A stretch of 64,000 bases of DNA from a virus: the IMG/VR virus record IMGVR_UViG_3300021599_002733; one strand, given 5' to 3'. Made by a program: the position numbers and the translations under genes. This document shows positions 19,832-31,137 of this stretch, piece after piece (the first letter of the stretch is position 1; each line of letters opens with the position of its first letter). The notes beneath the pieces were generated by a model, which saw nothing but the letters and a program-made list of their open reading frames with translations, ran no database searches and was not told the origin of the DNA.

Positions 19832-22800
19832 TTAAAGCAAACCTTTCTGCGTAAGATCTACAATAAATGAATCAAGATCTTTATTTAGTGCAGGAACTAC
19901 GAATTCAGGTCTAATAATATACGGGCCTTGGGAGTTACCTGGTTTTAAGCCTTCAAATATAATAGTGGCAGCATCATCAATGTATCTTCGAATTAGAAAA
20001 TGATCTAGATTAATAGATGAAGATGGTAAAGCACTATTTAAATGAACCTCAACAGACCCTGTATTTGATATTCTTTCAGGGGATTGGTTTGTTGGGGTAA
20101 ATACTTTCTTAACAATGTATGTTCTATTTTCTTTACCTTCAAATCTAAATTCATCTCCTACTTTTATCGACCAATCTAAAGTTATATTTTCAAAACCTGA
20201 TCCTGATATATTTTGTTGGCGTATCCCGGGGAGGTTATAGTATGAGTTCAGAGAGGAGGTAACTTCTGGGATATATATAATTCCAGCTTGGCTAGATGAC
20301 ACCTGGTTATATGTGGATGAAGTTGGGTAATTCCAGATTGAGCTAGTTCCCACAGGAATTATTTGTGATGGGCTAGGGAGAGGATCTTGAGAAATATTAA
20401 AAAATGTTGGTGGATTTACAGATGTTACTTGAAGAGTTGTTCCATACCCAGTATTTTCTTCAGGTCCATCAATTTGAAATACCCCAAAATAAAATTCATC
20501 TGTTGAGGTAAAATCTATATCTGGAGTTAATTCTATATAGAATGGTACTGCTTTCTTTTGTCCTGGGGTTAGGGTTTCAAATTTAGTTGATATTATATCT
20601 CCACCATTATTTTTATATAAATTTATTTGTACTGTTGTTGGGGAGGGATCAACGGAATTATATCTAGCTAATCCGATTTGTGCATTTATTATGAGATTAA
20701 CCCCTTCAATTATAGTATCATTATCTACATTATATTGCCAATCAATAGATCTATTATTTCCGGCGTCGTATAGAATGGACCAACCTGCTGAAGAACTTGG
20801 GGAAAATCCTTGGTATTGTCCTATATAATGTTCTGTGTAAAATATTGATTGTCCTGTGTTTATAGAAGAATATGTATTTAAAGTAGAAACACATGTGTTA
20901 TCTGTAATGGTTTGGACTATTTCAGAATTATATAAATTTATAGAAGAAGTCCAATTTGGAGGAGTATGTCCTATTTGAGTATATAAAATAGGTTCAATTC
21001 TATATCCACCTTTAAAAATATTTCTATATGAACTTTCTCCGGACCCTATTGAATCTGTATTGATAATAAGTCTTTCTCCTGTTTGGAAAGTACCTTGAAT
21101 ATTACTTAATGAATTTTCTGTTGTGTTTGGAATATCAACATTACCATTCTGGTCTATTAAATATTTTACTATGATTCCAGAGCAATCCATTCTATCTGGG
21201 GTGTATCCTCCTATAGTTTCAGCATAAGCTACCCATGTTTTTAAAGTATCTACTGTAGGTAATTTTCCGTATGTTCCACTATCTCCTGATGTCCATTGAT
21301 TTAATCTTTGGGATGTTGATTTACTACCGTTATATCTTGGATTGGTATGTCTTAGTAAAGTATAATTTGAATCTTGAACAGCCGCTCTTTGAGCATCTCC
21401 TTCTATTATAAGATCAAAATTAGTTGGAACTAATATACCCGAAGAATAATCTACATCTTGGAATGTTGTACTAATTCTATCTTCAAATACATTATTCATA
21501 ATAGCATTTTCATCACTATTGTAGAAGTTTGCTGTTGTAATATATGGCTCAAATATAACATGGTCGCAAACAGAAGCTGTAGGGGTTATACTTTGAGTGA
21601 TTAATATGTTACTAGAAAGTAGTGTTAAGTTAGGGTTTAATATATTAGCTGTATATGCTCTTAAATATAATTTATCTCCTTGTACCCCATAATATGAAGC
21701 TGTGATAGTAGTTGTTGTATTTGAACCTGCTGATATTGGGAGAAAAGATAAGGCTGAATATTCTCCTTGTCTATCCAACATTAGTCTAAATGATCCAGCT
21801 GAGCCACTAGTTCTAATTGAGGCTGTAATTTGTAAAGGAATGTTTGGTGTATTTTCAGGGGTAAAATATCCTGAAGAGGTTTGAAAGTATGGGGTTCCGT
21901 AATGCGCTATATTCCCTAAACTAGTATCCCATGGATCTAACTTACCACTAAGTGGAAAAGCTTGTGGGGCTATAACTAATGGTAACGTTTGAGAACTTGT
22001 AATTGAAGAAGAAACATAATAGTTTTTAACTTCATTGTCCATTCCAGCTCCCGCTAAATCAACATCTTGGTTATTTATTCTATATAAATAATATGTTTGG
22101 AATTCAGATATATCTAAAACTTGATAGTTAGTATATGTTGAATTTGATGTGTATTTGATTAATAGATTATTAATTTGCCCTAATGGAATTGAATTATTAT
22201 TTCCGTTACAATCAAGTTTGCTAATTTTAATAAATGCTTCTCTTCTAACTACATTAAGTAATGGGGGAACTATTCTCCATCTAGGAATCATTATTAACAT
22301 CTCACCCGATTGTGGTTGGGTAGATGTATTTAAAAATTGTTCTTCTGTAAGTGTTGAAAAATTAGTTTGTCCATATAAACCATTCCTATAAACTATAGGA
22401 GTATATTCAAACTCACTTAAACTAAGTGGGTATGGTTGATTTAAACTACCAGTTGTAACAATAATGATAGAGCCACTAAACTCACCATTATAAAATTCAT
22501 CTTGTGAATCATGTAATATAGTAATGGATCCTGAAGGGGTAGAGTAAGTTTCGTTCCAGTTTTGGGATGTATTGGAAGCATAGTTAAATGGTTCAAACAT
22601 TCCAGCTGTTCCTCCACTAAATTCTTCAATTAAAGAATGAGATATATAACTGCTTTGAGATATAGGGTCCCATACTTGAGTAGATTTTATAGTACCAGAA
22701 ATATCTAAATCTTCCCAAGATACTTGTGGTTCAGGGTATCTATTTCTTTCAAGTAAATGTTGTTTAATAACAACTCCAGAAGCAAGACTTGTACGAGCAG

Positions 22801-25800
22801 GTACAAAATCTTTAATCATTTTGAATAATGAATTGTCAAAGAATTTTATTAAACGTATAAAGTCGTTTAGGTTATAGTTTTTAGTGTATTTTTCAAAGTA
22901 CTCATTTCTTAACTTATCTAAATTAGGGTATGAAGTTAAACGTGAAGATCTAAAAGCAGGATCACCTATAAACTCTCCAATATTAAAATATCCAATAGAT
23001 GAATTAATATCATCATTTATCTCATCTTGTGGTGAAAATGCTACCTCAAGTAAGTTAATATTTGGAGTATAACTTGCACTTGCCTCGGTTGTTTGAGCTA
23101 ATCTTCTAAATGGAGATAAGGTACTTCCCGAAGGTAGGTTATCATTTTCTAATCGTATTTTATCACTTACAGCATTTTTAATACCCGCTACAGGTTGATC
23201 AAAAAATAAATATTCAGTGTTTGGTTTGAATATTGGAGTTAAGTCGTAATAAAAATTACTATCTGTAGGGAATGATTGAGTTATAACCCAAGATCCTGTT
23301 ACTTTAGGGTGTATAGAAATAGATTCAGTAAAAAATTCTCCACCAATGGATGCTCTAAAGGCTAGTTCATTGGGTGTACTATTTAAAAAGTTACCCTCAA
23401 TTGAGTAAGGATTCATTGTATAATCCTTAAACACACTTGAGCTAATAACAGTTGTATAGTATCTAATTTCTTGGTACGAACCCGAGAATGGTTCATATGA
23501 TCCAGCTAATGATCCTGTTCCATCATATATTGCAGTATTGTCGTATGTTACTATATCATACCCAGATACTGTTGCAGCTGAAAATGAGATTGGGAAATAA
23601 CTTGTTGATGAGTTAGCCCAAGGTATATCATTTCCTGTTATAGAGGAAGATTCATAGAAACCTAAAATAGTTCCGTTATTTCCACCCTCATATATTTTGT
23701 TGGAGGCATTTAATGTAAATTCACTTCCACTTCTATTTACCATTACAGACCACCATCCACCATCAAAAAATGGTAGGTATACGCTTGCTGTAACTGTTAT
23801 ATTTGCTACATCGGGGTAAAATTCTAGAGTAGCGTATTGGTAGTAAGGGTCAATAATAGACCCGGAATATGAACCTGTAGAATATGCTGAACCTGTATAT
23901 CTTAGAGTAACAGCTGAGCCAGAATCATTTGACCATAAACTTTGGGAGTATCTAATATTTGCGGTAGGTAATCCTGGTGTTTGGAATCTAAATGCTAGAG
24001 TAGAAGGTACATCATCTGGGGAATTCCAATCGTTATTTAAAGTCCAAGATGAGGAAATAAAGTTATTTTCTTCTGTAGAGTAAGCATAGTTAAATTCATT
24101 TTGCCAATAATCCCAATCGTTTGAATCTACTTTATCTTTTCCACCATACTCATTTATTCTTAATATAGTATCAGGGATACCATATGAGGTGATAAGGGCG
24201 CGCAAACCAGGTAAGGTACCTTTTGATTTGAGTAGGTATGGTAAGTTATGGTAAATGCGTTTATATAGCGATTTATTCACATCATCTAACGGTATATAAT
24301 CGTTGGATGCAGATACTAAGGTATCAATATACTCAAACCCACTTGGTGTTGGTAAAGATCCTGTAATATTTGGGAATGGAAATAAACCGCCCTCAGGTGT
24401 TAAACCTAAAAACGCAGTATATAGATCATTGTTGGAAAAACTATTTTGATATAATTTAATTCCAAAATCACGTATAGCATCAGCTACTATATCTTTTGAA
24501 ATACCAGACTCTAAACGGTTATCAGCATTGAATTTTTGAGTAACATCCTTATAATATATCCAAATATTATCAAAATGTTGGGCAACCATATCAATGAACA
24601 ATTCATACGGTTCGTTGTTTGGGTCTTCTCTTAAATATTCTGGTATAGAGAATAAAAGGTTATCTTTATTATTTTCATCATATAATGAGGCAGATAATAT
24701 AATTCCTCCATATTGAGGACTATATTCGTTTGTACTACCAAACCAATTTAAAACATCTACACTTCCTGTTGTAGCTAATTGGTAAGGTGGTTCTGTATTT
24801 GTTTTAGGCCAAGCCCATGAACCGCTAGTGTAATATAAATAGTAATCCCAACCATCAAAGTTGGTTATAATATTGTTTATTTTAGATTCTAGAACAGCAC
24901 TACTTTCACTAACCGCTATTGATGATGAATTTGTTGTATTTAAGATAGCAATGGAGGATGAATATTGTTCTATTAAACTAACTTTATAGTAAAAATTTTC
25001 TAGTCTAGTTTGAGCTGAGCTAAAGTGAATATAGTCACTAAATGTAGTGTAGTCAATATTGATATCTATTTCTTTTTCCTCTAATAAACTATTTATTTGG
25101 TTTTGGGAACTAGTTAAAGATGTAGTTACTAAATCGGTATAAGATAATTCTTGTGTGGAATTGTTAACTTGATCTTTTAAATCAATGTTGAAATTTGGAC
25201 CTTTAATTCTTAAAGTATCATTGAATACTATTGGTTCTTCTATAAAAGATACTTGGTATGCTATTGGTTCTTCTACAGAAGATACAACCCATAATGTAGA
25301 ATTAACTAAAAAATCCTCAGGTAGAGGTTCATATAATTTAATTAATATAGTTGGGTTATTTGGATCTTGATTATCTAAAGCAATATTGTTTGCTATAAAA
25401 AGAATATTGTCTCCAAAATTTAAATAAAAATCTAAGAAATATGTACTATCTTCTCTCTGTTGAATAAAGGCATTTGTTTTTTCAACTATGTCTTGATTTG
25501 ATAAAACAGTACTATCTAATCTAATTTCAGTTCTATCTGAAGATATTTCAGCAATATATAATTGTTCAATATCTGAACCTATTTGCTTATTTAAAAAGTT
25601 ATAGTATGAAATATAAGCACCTTGAGTAAACCCATTATTAATTAGATTTTGTTCAGGGTTGATTGTAATTTGAGATAATACTCCATCACTACCTGCTGAT
25701 TGCCCATCATTTAAAACTGTATATTGGGTGAAATTATATTCAGTAGATAATAAATTTTGGTTAAGATCATATATAAAATACTCAATATAACTACTTGAAG

Positions 25801-25906
25801 ATAGAGAAGTATTGACATCAAAAGTAGATATCAAATTTGTATCTTGAGATTCATATAACTGAGTAGTTAAGTCTTGGGTGTCTATTTGTACTATTTCTAC
25901 TGCCAT
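19832..25906 (-). CDS. Large baseplate wedge/tail protein (2024 aa)
   Basis: S/T/G/N-rich; LLKSKGT..GLRALI..YG...I.EY, as in P2 gpI/T4 gp7-like wedge proteins; baseplate context. Confidence 0.65.
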   Translation of the reverse strand: MAVEIVQIDTQDLTTQLYESQDTNLISTFDVNTSLSSSSYIEYFIYDLNQNLLSTEYNFTQYTVLNDGQSAGSDGVLSQITINPEQNLINNGFTQGAYISYYNFLNKQIGSDIEQLYIAEISSDRTEIRLDSTVLSNQDIVEKTNAFIQQREDSTYFLDFYLNFGDNILFIANNIALDNQDPNNPTILIKLYEPLPEDFLVNSTLWVVSSVEEPIAYQVSFIEEPIVFNDTLRIKGPNFNIDLKDQVNNSTQELSYTDLVTTSLTSSQNQINSLLEEKEIDINIDYTTFSDYIHFSSAQTRLENFYYKVSLIEQYSSSIAILNTTNSSSIAVSESSAVLESKINNIITNFDGWDYYLYYTSGSWAWPKTNTEPPYQLATTGSVDVLNWFGSTNEYSPQYGGIILSASLYDENNKDNLLFSIPEYLREDPNNEPYELFIDMVAQHFDNIWIYYKDVTQKFNADNRLESGISKDIVADAIRDFGIKLYQNSFSNNDLYTAFLGLTPEGGLFPFPNITGSLPTPSGFEYIDTLVSASNDYIPLDDVNKSLYKRIYHNLPYLLKSKGTLPGLRALITSYGIPDTILRINEYGGKDKVDSNDWDYWQNEFNYAYSTEENNFISSSWTLNNDWNSPDDVPSTLAFRFQTPGLPTANIRYSQSLWSNDSGSAVTLRYTGSAYSTGSYSGSIIDPYYQYATLEFYPDVANITVTASVYLPFFDGGWWSVMVNRSGSEFTLNASNKIYEGGNNGTILGFYESSSITGNDIPWANSSTSYFPISFSAATVSGYDIVTYDNTAIYDGTGSLAGSYEPFSGSYQEIRYYTTVISSSVFKDYTMNPYSIEGNFLNSTPNELAFRASIGGEFFTESISIHPKVTGSWVITQSFPTDSNFYYDLTPIFKPNTEYLFFDQPVAGIKNAVSDKIRLENDNLPSGSTLSPFRRLAQTTEASASYTPNINLLEVAFSPQDEINDDINSSIGYFNIGEFIGDPAFRSSRLTSYPNLDKLRNEYFEKYTKNYNLNDFIRLIKFFDNSLFKMIKDFVPARTSLASGVVIKQHLLERNRYPEPQVSWEDLDISGTIKSTQVWDPISQSSYISHSLIEEFSGGTAGMFEPFNYASNTSQNWNETYSTPSGSITILHDSQDEFYNGEFSGSIIIVTTGSLNQPYPLSLSEFEYTPIVYRNGLYGQTNFSTLTEEQFLNTSTQPQSGEMLIMIPRWRIVPPLLNVVRREAFIKISKLDCNGNNNSIPLGQINNLLIKYTSNSTYTNYQVLDISEFQTYYLYRINNQDVDLAGAGMDNEVKNYYVSSSITSSQTLPLVIAPQAFPLSGKLDPWDTSLGNIAHYGTPYFQTSSGYFTPENTPNIPLQITASIRTSGSAGSFRLMLDRQGEYSALSFLPISAGSNTTTTITASYYGVQGDKLYLRAYTANILNPNLTLLSSNILITQSITPTASVCDHVIFEPYITTANFYNSDENAIMNNVFEDRISTTFQDVDYSSGILVPTNFDLIIEGDAQRAAVQDSNYTLLRHTNPRYNGSKSTSQRLNQWTSGDSGTYGKLPTVDTLKTWVAYAETIGGYTPDRMDCSGIIVKYLIDQNGNVDIPNTTENSLSNIQGTFQTGERLIINTDSIGSGESSYRNIFKGGYRIEPILYTQIGHTPPNWTSSINLYNSEIVQTITDNTCVSTLNTYSSINTGQSIFYTEHYIGQYQGFSPSSSAGWSILYDAGNNRSIDWQYNVDNDTIIEGVNLIINAQIGLARYNSVDPSPTTVQINLYKNNGGDIISTKFETLTPGQKKAVPFYIELTPDIDFTSTDEFYFGVFQIDGPEENTGYGTTLQVTSVNPPTFFNISQDPLPSPSQIIPVGTSSIWNYPTSSTYNQVSSSQAGIIYIPEVTSSLNSYYNLPGIRQQNISGSGFENITLDWSIKVGDEFRFEGKENRTYIVKKVFTPTNQSPERISNTGSVEVHLNSALPSSSINLDHFLIRRYIDDAATIIFEGLKPGNSQGPYIIRPEFVVPALNKDLDSFIVDLTQKGLL

Positions 25907-26268
25907 TATTGTGGGTTAGCTAGTGGGGTTCCTGTTTGTAATTCTATTATTCGTTTTTGAGCGTCAAGTAGTTCAGTTCTTAATTGAGCTATTTCAGCTT
26001 GTAGAGCTTGTATTTCTTCATTATTTGCATCAAATCCAATATATTCACTACTTTTTTTAATTAAATATTCATGTGAATTTGCATCACCTGTTTCAGGAAT
26101 ATCATAGAACAAATCATTATACATTAAAAAAAATTCGTTAACAGTAGGCTGTTGTGCTAACTGTTGTTGAATAGTTTGAACACCTAGTTGTTTGAAAGAG
26201 GTGTCAATGATTTTTTGATAATCATTTTTATTATATACCTGTTTATTTAATTTAATATTTTCACTCAT
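25906..26268 (-). CDS. Hypothetical structural-module protein, C-terminal coiled coil
   Basis: ORF track. Confidence 0.55.
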   Translation of the reverse strand: MSENIKLNKQVYNKNDYQKIIDTSFKQLGVQTIQQQLAQQPTVNEFFLMYNDLFYDIPETGDANSHEYLIKKSSEYIGFDANNEEIQALQAEIAQLRTELLDAQKRIIELQTGTPLANPQ

Positions 26269-27401
26269 CAGTTAATGACTTTAAAATAATATTGATCATC
26301 AAAAATAAGTGTAGAACCATTAATTATAGTCTTGATTAAAATCGCATAATATCTTTCTGGTTCAAGTCCATTCATGTAAATATCAAAATAATTCCCACTA
26401 GCATCAGAGCTAATTTGAGTATATTGAGTATCAAAGTTAATAATAAACTCATCAGTATCCAAGTCTTTTACAGCATAGAATGAAGAAGTAGGTAAAAAAT
26501 TCAAATCTACAAAGTAAGATGAAGTTTGGTATACACGTGTAGGGTATAAAGGGCTTGAATTAACTCTAAATCTATTTACACTATCAGTATAAAATACTCC
26601 AGGATTTTCGTTTAAAGCTAATTTTAGGTTAGTTGTAGTAACTATACTACCTGTTAAAGAACCTGTTAATACTGTTGAATAATCTCTCCATCTAAATTCC
26701 AATTGTGGAGGATAAATTGTATTTGTATCAACACTATAGTATTTTGCTACAGGTTGAACATATTGGCTATTTGTAAATTCAACTGAGTCTTCCCATTTAG
26801 TTATAAATCCGTAATTTGGGATAGAGCCGCTATACCATTTATCTACAATAGTTTTTACGTTTACATCTATATCCTTATCACTTCTTAATCCAAAAGATTG
26901 AGTTACTTTATATGATGGTACCCCAGACCCAGAATAAAACCAGTTACCTCCTCCTTGAGTTGAAAATGAGGGGTTAAATGAACTTGTATATAGTTCGGAT
27001 CCATTTGATCCACTAGCACTCCAAAGTCCTGATCCTGAATAGTTAGAGTATGTCCATGAAATTCCATCTTGGGTTTCAGGTGAATCACCAAATTCACCAG
27101 TTCCATTATTCCAATCTTGGGCAACTGGATAGATTTCAACATCATATTCTGAAGAGATTCCTTGGGCAGATGCTATAAATCCTTTAAAATGAACATCCCA
27201 AGTAGAGCCATTTATTTTATTATCGATTATATTTACTATTTCGTTGGAGTCAAATTGCGTTAAAAAACGAGCTACATCTGGGGTTCCTTCTGGGGTAATA
27301 GTATTATATATTTCGCTTATGGCATCCATTCCCGAGTTCATGCTCGGATAATAAGAGTATATGGAAGCATCCTTATAAGGGAATATTTTATAAACAGCCA
27401 T
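26268..27401 (-). CDS. Virion structural protein (DNRLRE-like beta domain)
   Basis: DASIY...R.L.QFD...W.NG.G...NYGF...PQLE. Confidence 0.5.
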   Translation of the reverse strand: MAVYKIFPYKDASIYSYYPSMNSGMDAISEIYNTITPEGTPDVARFLTQFDSNEIVNIIDNKINGSTWDVHFKGFIASAQGISSEYDVEIYPVAQDWNNGTGEFGDSPETQDGISWTYSNYSGSGLWSASGSNGSELYTSSFNPSFSTQGGGNWFYSGSGVPSYKVTQSFGLRSDKDIDVNVKTIVDKWYSGSIPNYGFITKWEDSVEFTNSQYVQPVAKYYSVDTNTIYPPQLEFRWRDYSTVLTGSLTGSIVTTTNLKLALNENPGVFYTDSVNRFRVNSSPLYPTRVYQTSSYFVDLNFLPTSSFYAVKDLDTDEFIINFDTQYTQISSDASGNYFDIYMNGLEPERYYAILIKTIINGSTLIFDDQYYFKVIN

Positions 27402-27416
27402 TTTTTATTATAAATA

Positions 27417-29267
27417 TTATAGAGGCACAACTTTCCCCTTAATATCTAAATTAGGATAACGAACTTCAAATATACTTGGATCTAGTGAAGGGTATATTAC
27501 TTGATTTTGAGTAGCACCCGTTATATCATATGCGTATGCTGAGTATCCTGATGATGTGCCTGCTTTATTTGAAATGTTAATATTTTTAACTGTTTGAACA
27601 CCTTTAACTCTATCTAATAGAATATAAAGATCTCTTAACATTATTGGTTGGTTGATTTGCCAATTATTGATGTTAAAATAGTTTTGCAAAGCAGTCACAC
27701 ATGCTAATAATACCTCATTATTGTTATATTCAGGTAAAACTATAATTTCAAAATTAATTCCAATATTAATAATATATGCGTCTCTTATTTCAATATTATC
27801 TCCAATTACTCTATATTGAGATAGATATGTTCTAAGATTCTTTTTTAACAAATCAGAAGCATAATCTAATTGCCCAGCTGCGTTTTGAGATAAGCAATAT
27901 AAATTAAGAGTTTCAATTGTAGAAACTTGCTCATCAGTTAATTTAGGTTGTTCAATATATGCTTTAGTAAGGGATCCATATTCAGAAGGCATACTCAAAG
28001 CACGTATTAAATAATCATCAGCTGTAACTGAACGTTGTTGGGAAGCAACTAATGCTAAAGTATTTTGTCTAATTTCCTCTATAGTATCTCCACCCTTACC
28101 ACCAGATGCCGCGTTAGGGTTAGTTGAAGCTAATGAATTGAATATGTAATTAGCTGTGGTAGGATTTAAATTTATGTTATTAAATTGAGAATTTGCTTTA
28201 TTTAAGTTAGTTAAAGTGTTAGCTGCTACATTTGAAGTAACACCCCCACCAGTTAAATATCTTACAGTCAATGTTGTATTTGAAGGTGAAATCCCATAAG
28301 TATTGGTATAAAGAAAATTAGCTGGTGAATATGCTGTTGTTAATTTATCTTTAATAAATGGTAACCCTAAACCTACATTATTTGGGTTTGGAGTAATTTC
28401 TTCATCGCTATCAGCTGTTGTTCCTGAACCAAATTGGATTTGTAAGTTATTTAAAGATGTAAAACGAGTAGCAAATCTTCTTTGTACTTTTTCTAATTTT
28501 AGAATATATGGAACTAAATTATTAACAACATTATTGGGGTCATTTATATTAGTATTTGATATAGGTTTATATACCATTTCTTGCCCTAGATGATCTACTT
28601 CATACCATACATTCCCATCAGAGTCAACTATATCTAAAATTCCTATAATATTTGCAGTAGAAATATTTATAGTTTGAAATGATTGTGGTTCATTAAAACC
28701 AAAAGTTTGTGTATTAACAGTTGCAGAAATAGCATTTCTACTTTTTTTCAATAAGAAATACTGGGGTGTATTCCCTGAAATTTGATAGACTGAAACTTCT
28801 GTAGGGTCTTGTGAACTGGAAACTGAAAAGTCTAGTTTATCTTGGATAATGAAAGGAGATCCGTTTTGGGGGGTAATTATTGAGTTTTCTCCAATGGTTA
28901 TAGCGTAATCATAATCAGGTATAACAGAACCACTAACTGTTTTAGCAGGTAATTGTTGATAAAAATCAATAGTGGATTGTGCTACTCCAGTTGTTTTTGG
29001 TTTATAACCAAACATATATGCTAATTCAAATACATTATTTGTTTGTTGAGCATATTGAATAAAATTTTCTTGGAATTGATTATCTAAATAGAAACTTAAA
29101 ACATCACCTACATATGAAGCTTGTTCCATGAATAACATCCCAGGAGATGCTGGGGAAAAGTCATTGTAAGTGTTAGGGAAGTAAGTTTTAGTATATTCAA
29201 TCAAACGTTGTCTGAAATCAGAAAAATCCCTGTTTATATATTTTATATCTCTATTAGTTGTTGCCAT
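27417..29267 (-). CDS. Baseplate wedge subunit, T4 gp6/baseplate J-like
   Basis: RDF...DVLSFYLD; GYKP; ASGG...E.IR...Q.RSVTADDY. Confidence 0.9.
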   Translation of the reverse strand: MATTNRDIKYINRDFSDFRQRLIEYTKTYFPNTYNDFSPASPGMLFMEQASYVGDVLSFYLDNQFQENFIQYAQQTNNVFELAYMFGYKPKTTGVAQSTIDFYQQLPAKTVSGSVIPDYDYAITIGENSIITPQNGSPFIIQDKLDFSVSSSQDPTEVSVYQISGNTPQYFLLKKSRNAISATVNTQTFGFNEPQSFQTINISTANIIGILDIVDSDGNVWYEVDHLGQEMVYKPISNTNINDPNNVVNNLVPYILKLEKVQRRFATRFTSLNNLQIQFGSGTTADSDEEITPNPNNVGLGLPFIKDKLTTAYSPANFLYTNTYGISPSNTTLTVRYLTGGGVTSNVAANTLTNLNKANSQFNNINLNPTTANYIFNSLASTNPNAASGGKGGDTIEEIRQNTLALVASQQRSVTADDYLIRALSMPSEYGSLTKAYIEQPKLTDEQVSTIETLNLYCLSQNAAGQLDYASDLLKKNLRTYLSQYRVIGDNIEIRDAYIINIGINFEIIVLPEYNNNEVLLACVTALQNYFNINNWQINQPIMLRDLYILLDRVKGVQTVKNINISNKAGTSSGYSAYAYDITGATQNQVIYPSLDPSIFEVRYPNLDIKGKVVPL

Positions 29268-29269
29268 TA

Positions 29270-29674
29270 TTAAAATTGGATTTCTAGATTATCAGTAATA
29301 TTTGTGTTAATTACTGAGTATTGTAGGGTTACTGTTATTTGATTGGTATCTACTTGTCCAGTAACTGTTAAATCATTTACTTGAACATTTGGAAAATAGT
29401 TGATTAATTTGGAGTTAATATCTTCTCTAAGAAAATCTAAATTATCACTTGTAATTTGTTCAAAAATAAACGCTCTTAAACCACCACCAAATGTTGGATT
29501 TAAGTATCTTTCACCTGGGTTGGTTAAGAAGAAATTGATTAAGTTATTTTTTATAGCATCCTTAGTTAAGTAATTTGATTTAAAAACCGCATTACCATTA
29601 AAAGGAATGTCAACCCCAACCGCCTTACTAGCGTTTAAATCAATTGGATATATTTGTTGGGGATTAAATGCCAT
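29270..29674 (-). CDS. Baseplate protein, gp25/GPW family
   Basis: IKNNL...LTNPGER..NPTFG...FE. Confidence 0.9.
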   Translation of the reverse strand: MAFNPQQIYPIDLNASKAVGVDIPFNGNAVFKSNYLTKDAIKNNLINFFLTNPGERYLNPTFGGGLRAFIFEQITSDNLDFLREDINSKLINYFPNVQVNDLTVTGQVDTNQITVTLQYSVINTNITDNLEIQF

Positions 29675-30012
29675 TATCTATTACTCATTAAATTCATTAT
29701 TTGATCCATCCCTAATTCACCTTCAGGTAAAGAACCATTTACAGGGTCTGCGTTTACTCCAGGGTTAAATCTTGATACATCTTTTGAGGTAAAACTTAAA
29801 GCAGTTTCTCCTAAAACATCCATATAGGCTTGTCTTTTATCCATTGTAATAGGTGGAATTGAAGGGGATGTAGTTGGAGCAGGAGTGTAAGACTCATGTA
29901 CGATTACGGGTTTTGGATTTTTAACGGCTTCCAATAAAATGTCCTTCAATTCTTCTTGAATTGCTTCTTTAACAGCTTCTTTAATAAATTTTTTAAGTTC
30001 TGTTGCTTTCAT
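29674..30012 (-). CDS. Hypothetical protein with MKATELKKFIKE tag
   Basis: ORF track; late motif upstream. Confidence 0.55.
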   Translation of the reverse strand: MKATELKKFIKEAVKEAIQEELKDILLEAVKNPKPVIVHESYTPAPTTSPSIPPITMDKRQAYMDVLGETALSFTSKDVSRFNPGVNADPVNGSLPEGELGMDQIMNLMSNR

Positions 30013-30030
30013 ATGGTTATAAATATTAAA

Positions 30031-31137
30031 TTAATCGGCTTTTAAATTATTTGTTTGTATATAAAATACAAGTTCATCTATCAATATCTGATCAATTGAG
30101 CTAAAAGACCACTCTCCTCTTAACATGACTACACCTTGTTTATTTCTAGCTATAGCTCTTCTACGTTTTAAAGGATTTTCTGTTGTTTCTGTTTCAACTC
30201 CCATTTCAAATCCATTTACGTTTGAATATACAGGTTGACCCTGTTGTGTTTGCTGTTGAGTAAGAGCAATTAATTCTGTTGATAATTGTTCTTGTGTTTG
30301 AGTAGAGTTAGGAGCACAATGTTGGATAAATTGATCCAACAAATTCAAATAATTTATAATTTCAGATAATGTATCTTTTAAAATTAATAAAGTTACTAAT
30401 GTTACTTCTACTACAGTTTTATATTTTTTAATCTGTTTATCAATAGTACTAGATGTTTCTGTTACAGATGCAGGTACAGGTGTGGGGTTTAAAAGAATTG
30501 CTTTAGAAGCAGTAGATAAAGTAACTATTAAAGCTTCTATAACAGTTAACGCTGTGGTAATTGTTGATATTGTTTTATAAGCTATATTTAATTGTTTAAC
30601 TAGTTTATTTTTTTTATTAATTATATCCGTTAATTCTTGTGGGGTAGGACATGAATTAGGGGTGGAGAAGTTCTTTGCTAGTGCTTCTTTAGCATTAGAT
30701 ACACCAAACTTTGCTATTAATTTTAATATTAAAGGTAGTAAGGTAAATGTTAATGTAGTTAATAGATTATTTAATTTTTTTTGTTGTAACGTTTCAAAAT
30801 TTGTTTTTGAAGCAGTAATAGCTTTTATAGAGGATTCTGGTAGGGATGCTGTTTTGGCTATTTGTTGGTTTAAATCTATTTGTAAAGGAACTAATTCAAT
30901 CACCCCCAAATCAGATTTTATATTATTATTTGAATCAAAGGGGAGGTATGTATAAGTAGCAAAATTTGATTTAGTGATAATTAAGTTAAATAAATCAATA
31001 TAACTCCCATTTATAGTAAAATTTCCACTAGAGTCACTGTAAACTACATTAGAGTTGACCTCAACTTTAGCCCCAGTAATAGGTTCATTATTGTAAGAGA
31101 TTTTCCCTTTTATATTATATGTTTTAGTATCTTCCAT
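30031..31137 (-). CDS. Protein with N-terminal carboxypeptidase-regulatory-like domain and helical C-terminus
   Basis: IKGKI...EPI.GAKV...SD..GNF.I. Confidence 0.5.
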   Translation of the reverse strand: MEDTKTYNIKGKISYNNEPITGAKVEVNSNVVYSDSSGNFTINGSYIDLFNLIITKSNFATYTYLPFDSNNNIKSDLGVIELVPLQIDLNQQIAKTASLPESSIKAITASKTNFETLQQKKLNNLLTTLTFTLLPLILKLIAKFGVSNAKEALAKNFSTPNSCPTPQELTDIINKKNKLVKQLNIAYKTISTITTALTVIEALIVTLSTASKAILLNPTPVPASVTETSSTIDKQIKKYKTVVEVTLVTLLILKDTLSEIINYLNLLDQFIQHCAPNSTQTQEQLSTELIALTQQQTQQGQPVYSNVNGFEMGVETETTENPLKRRRAIARNKQGVVMLRGEWSFSSIDQILIDELVFYIQTNNLKAD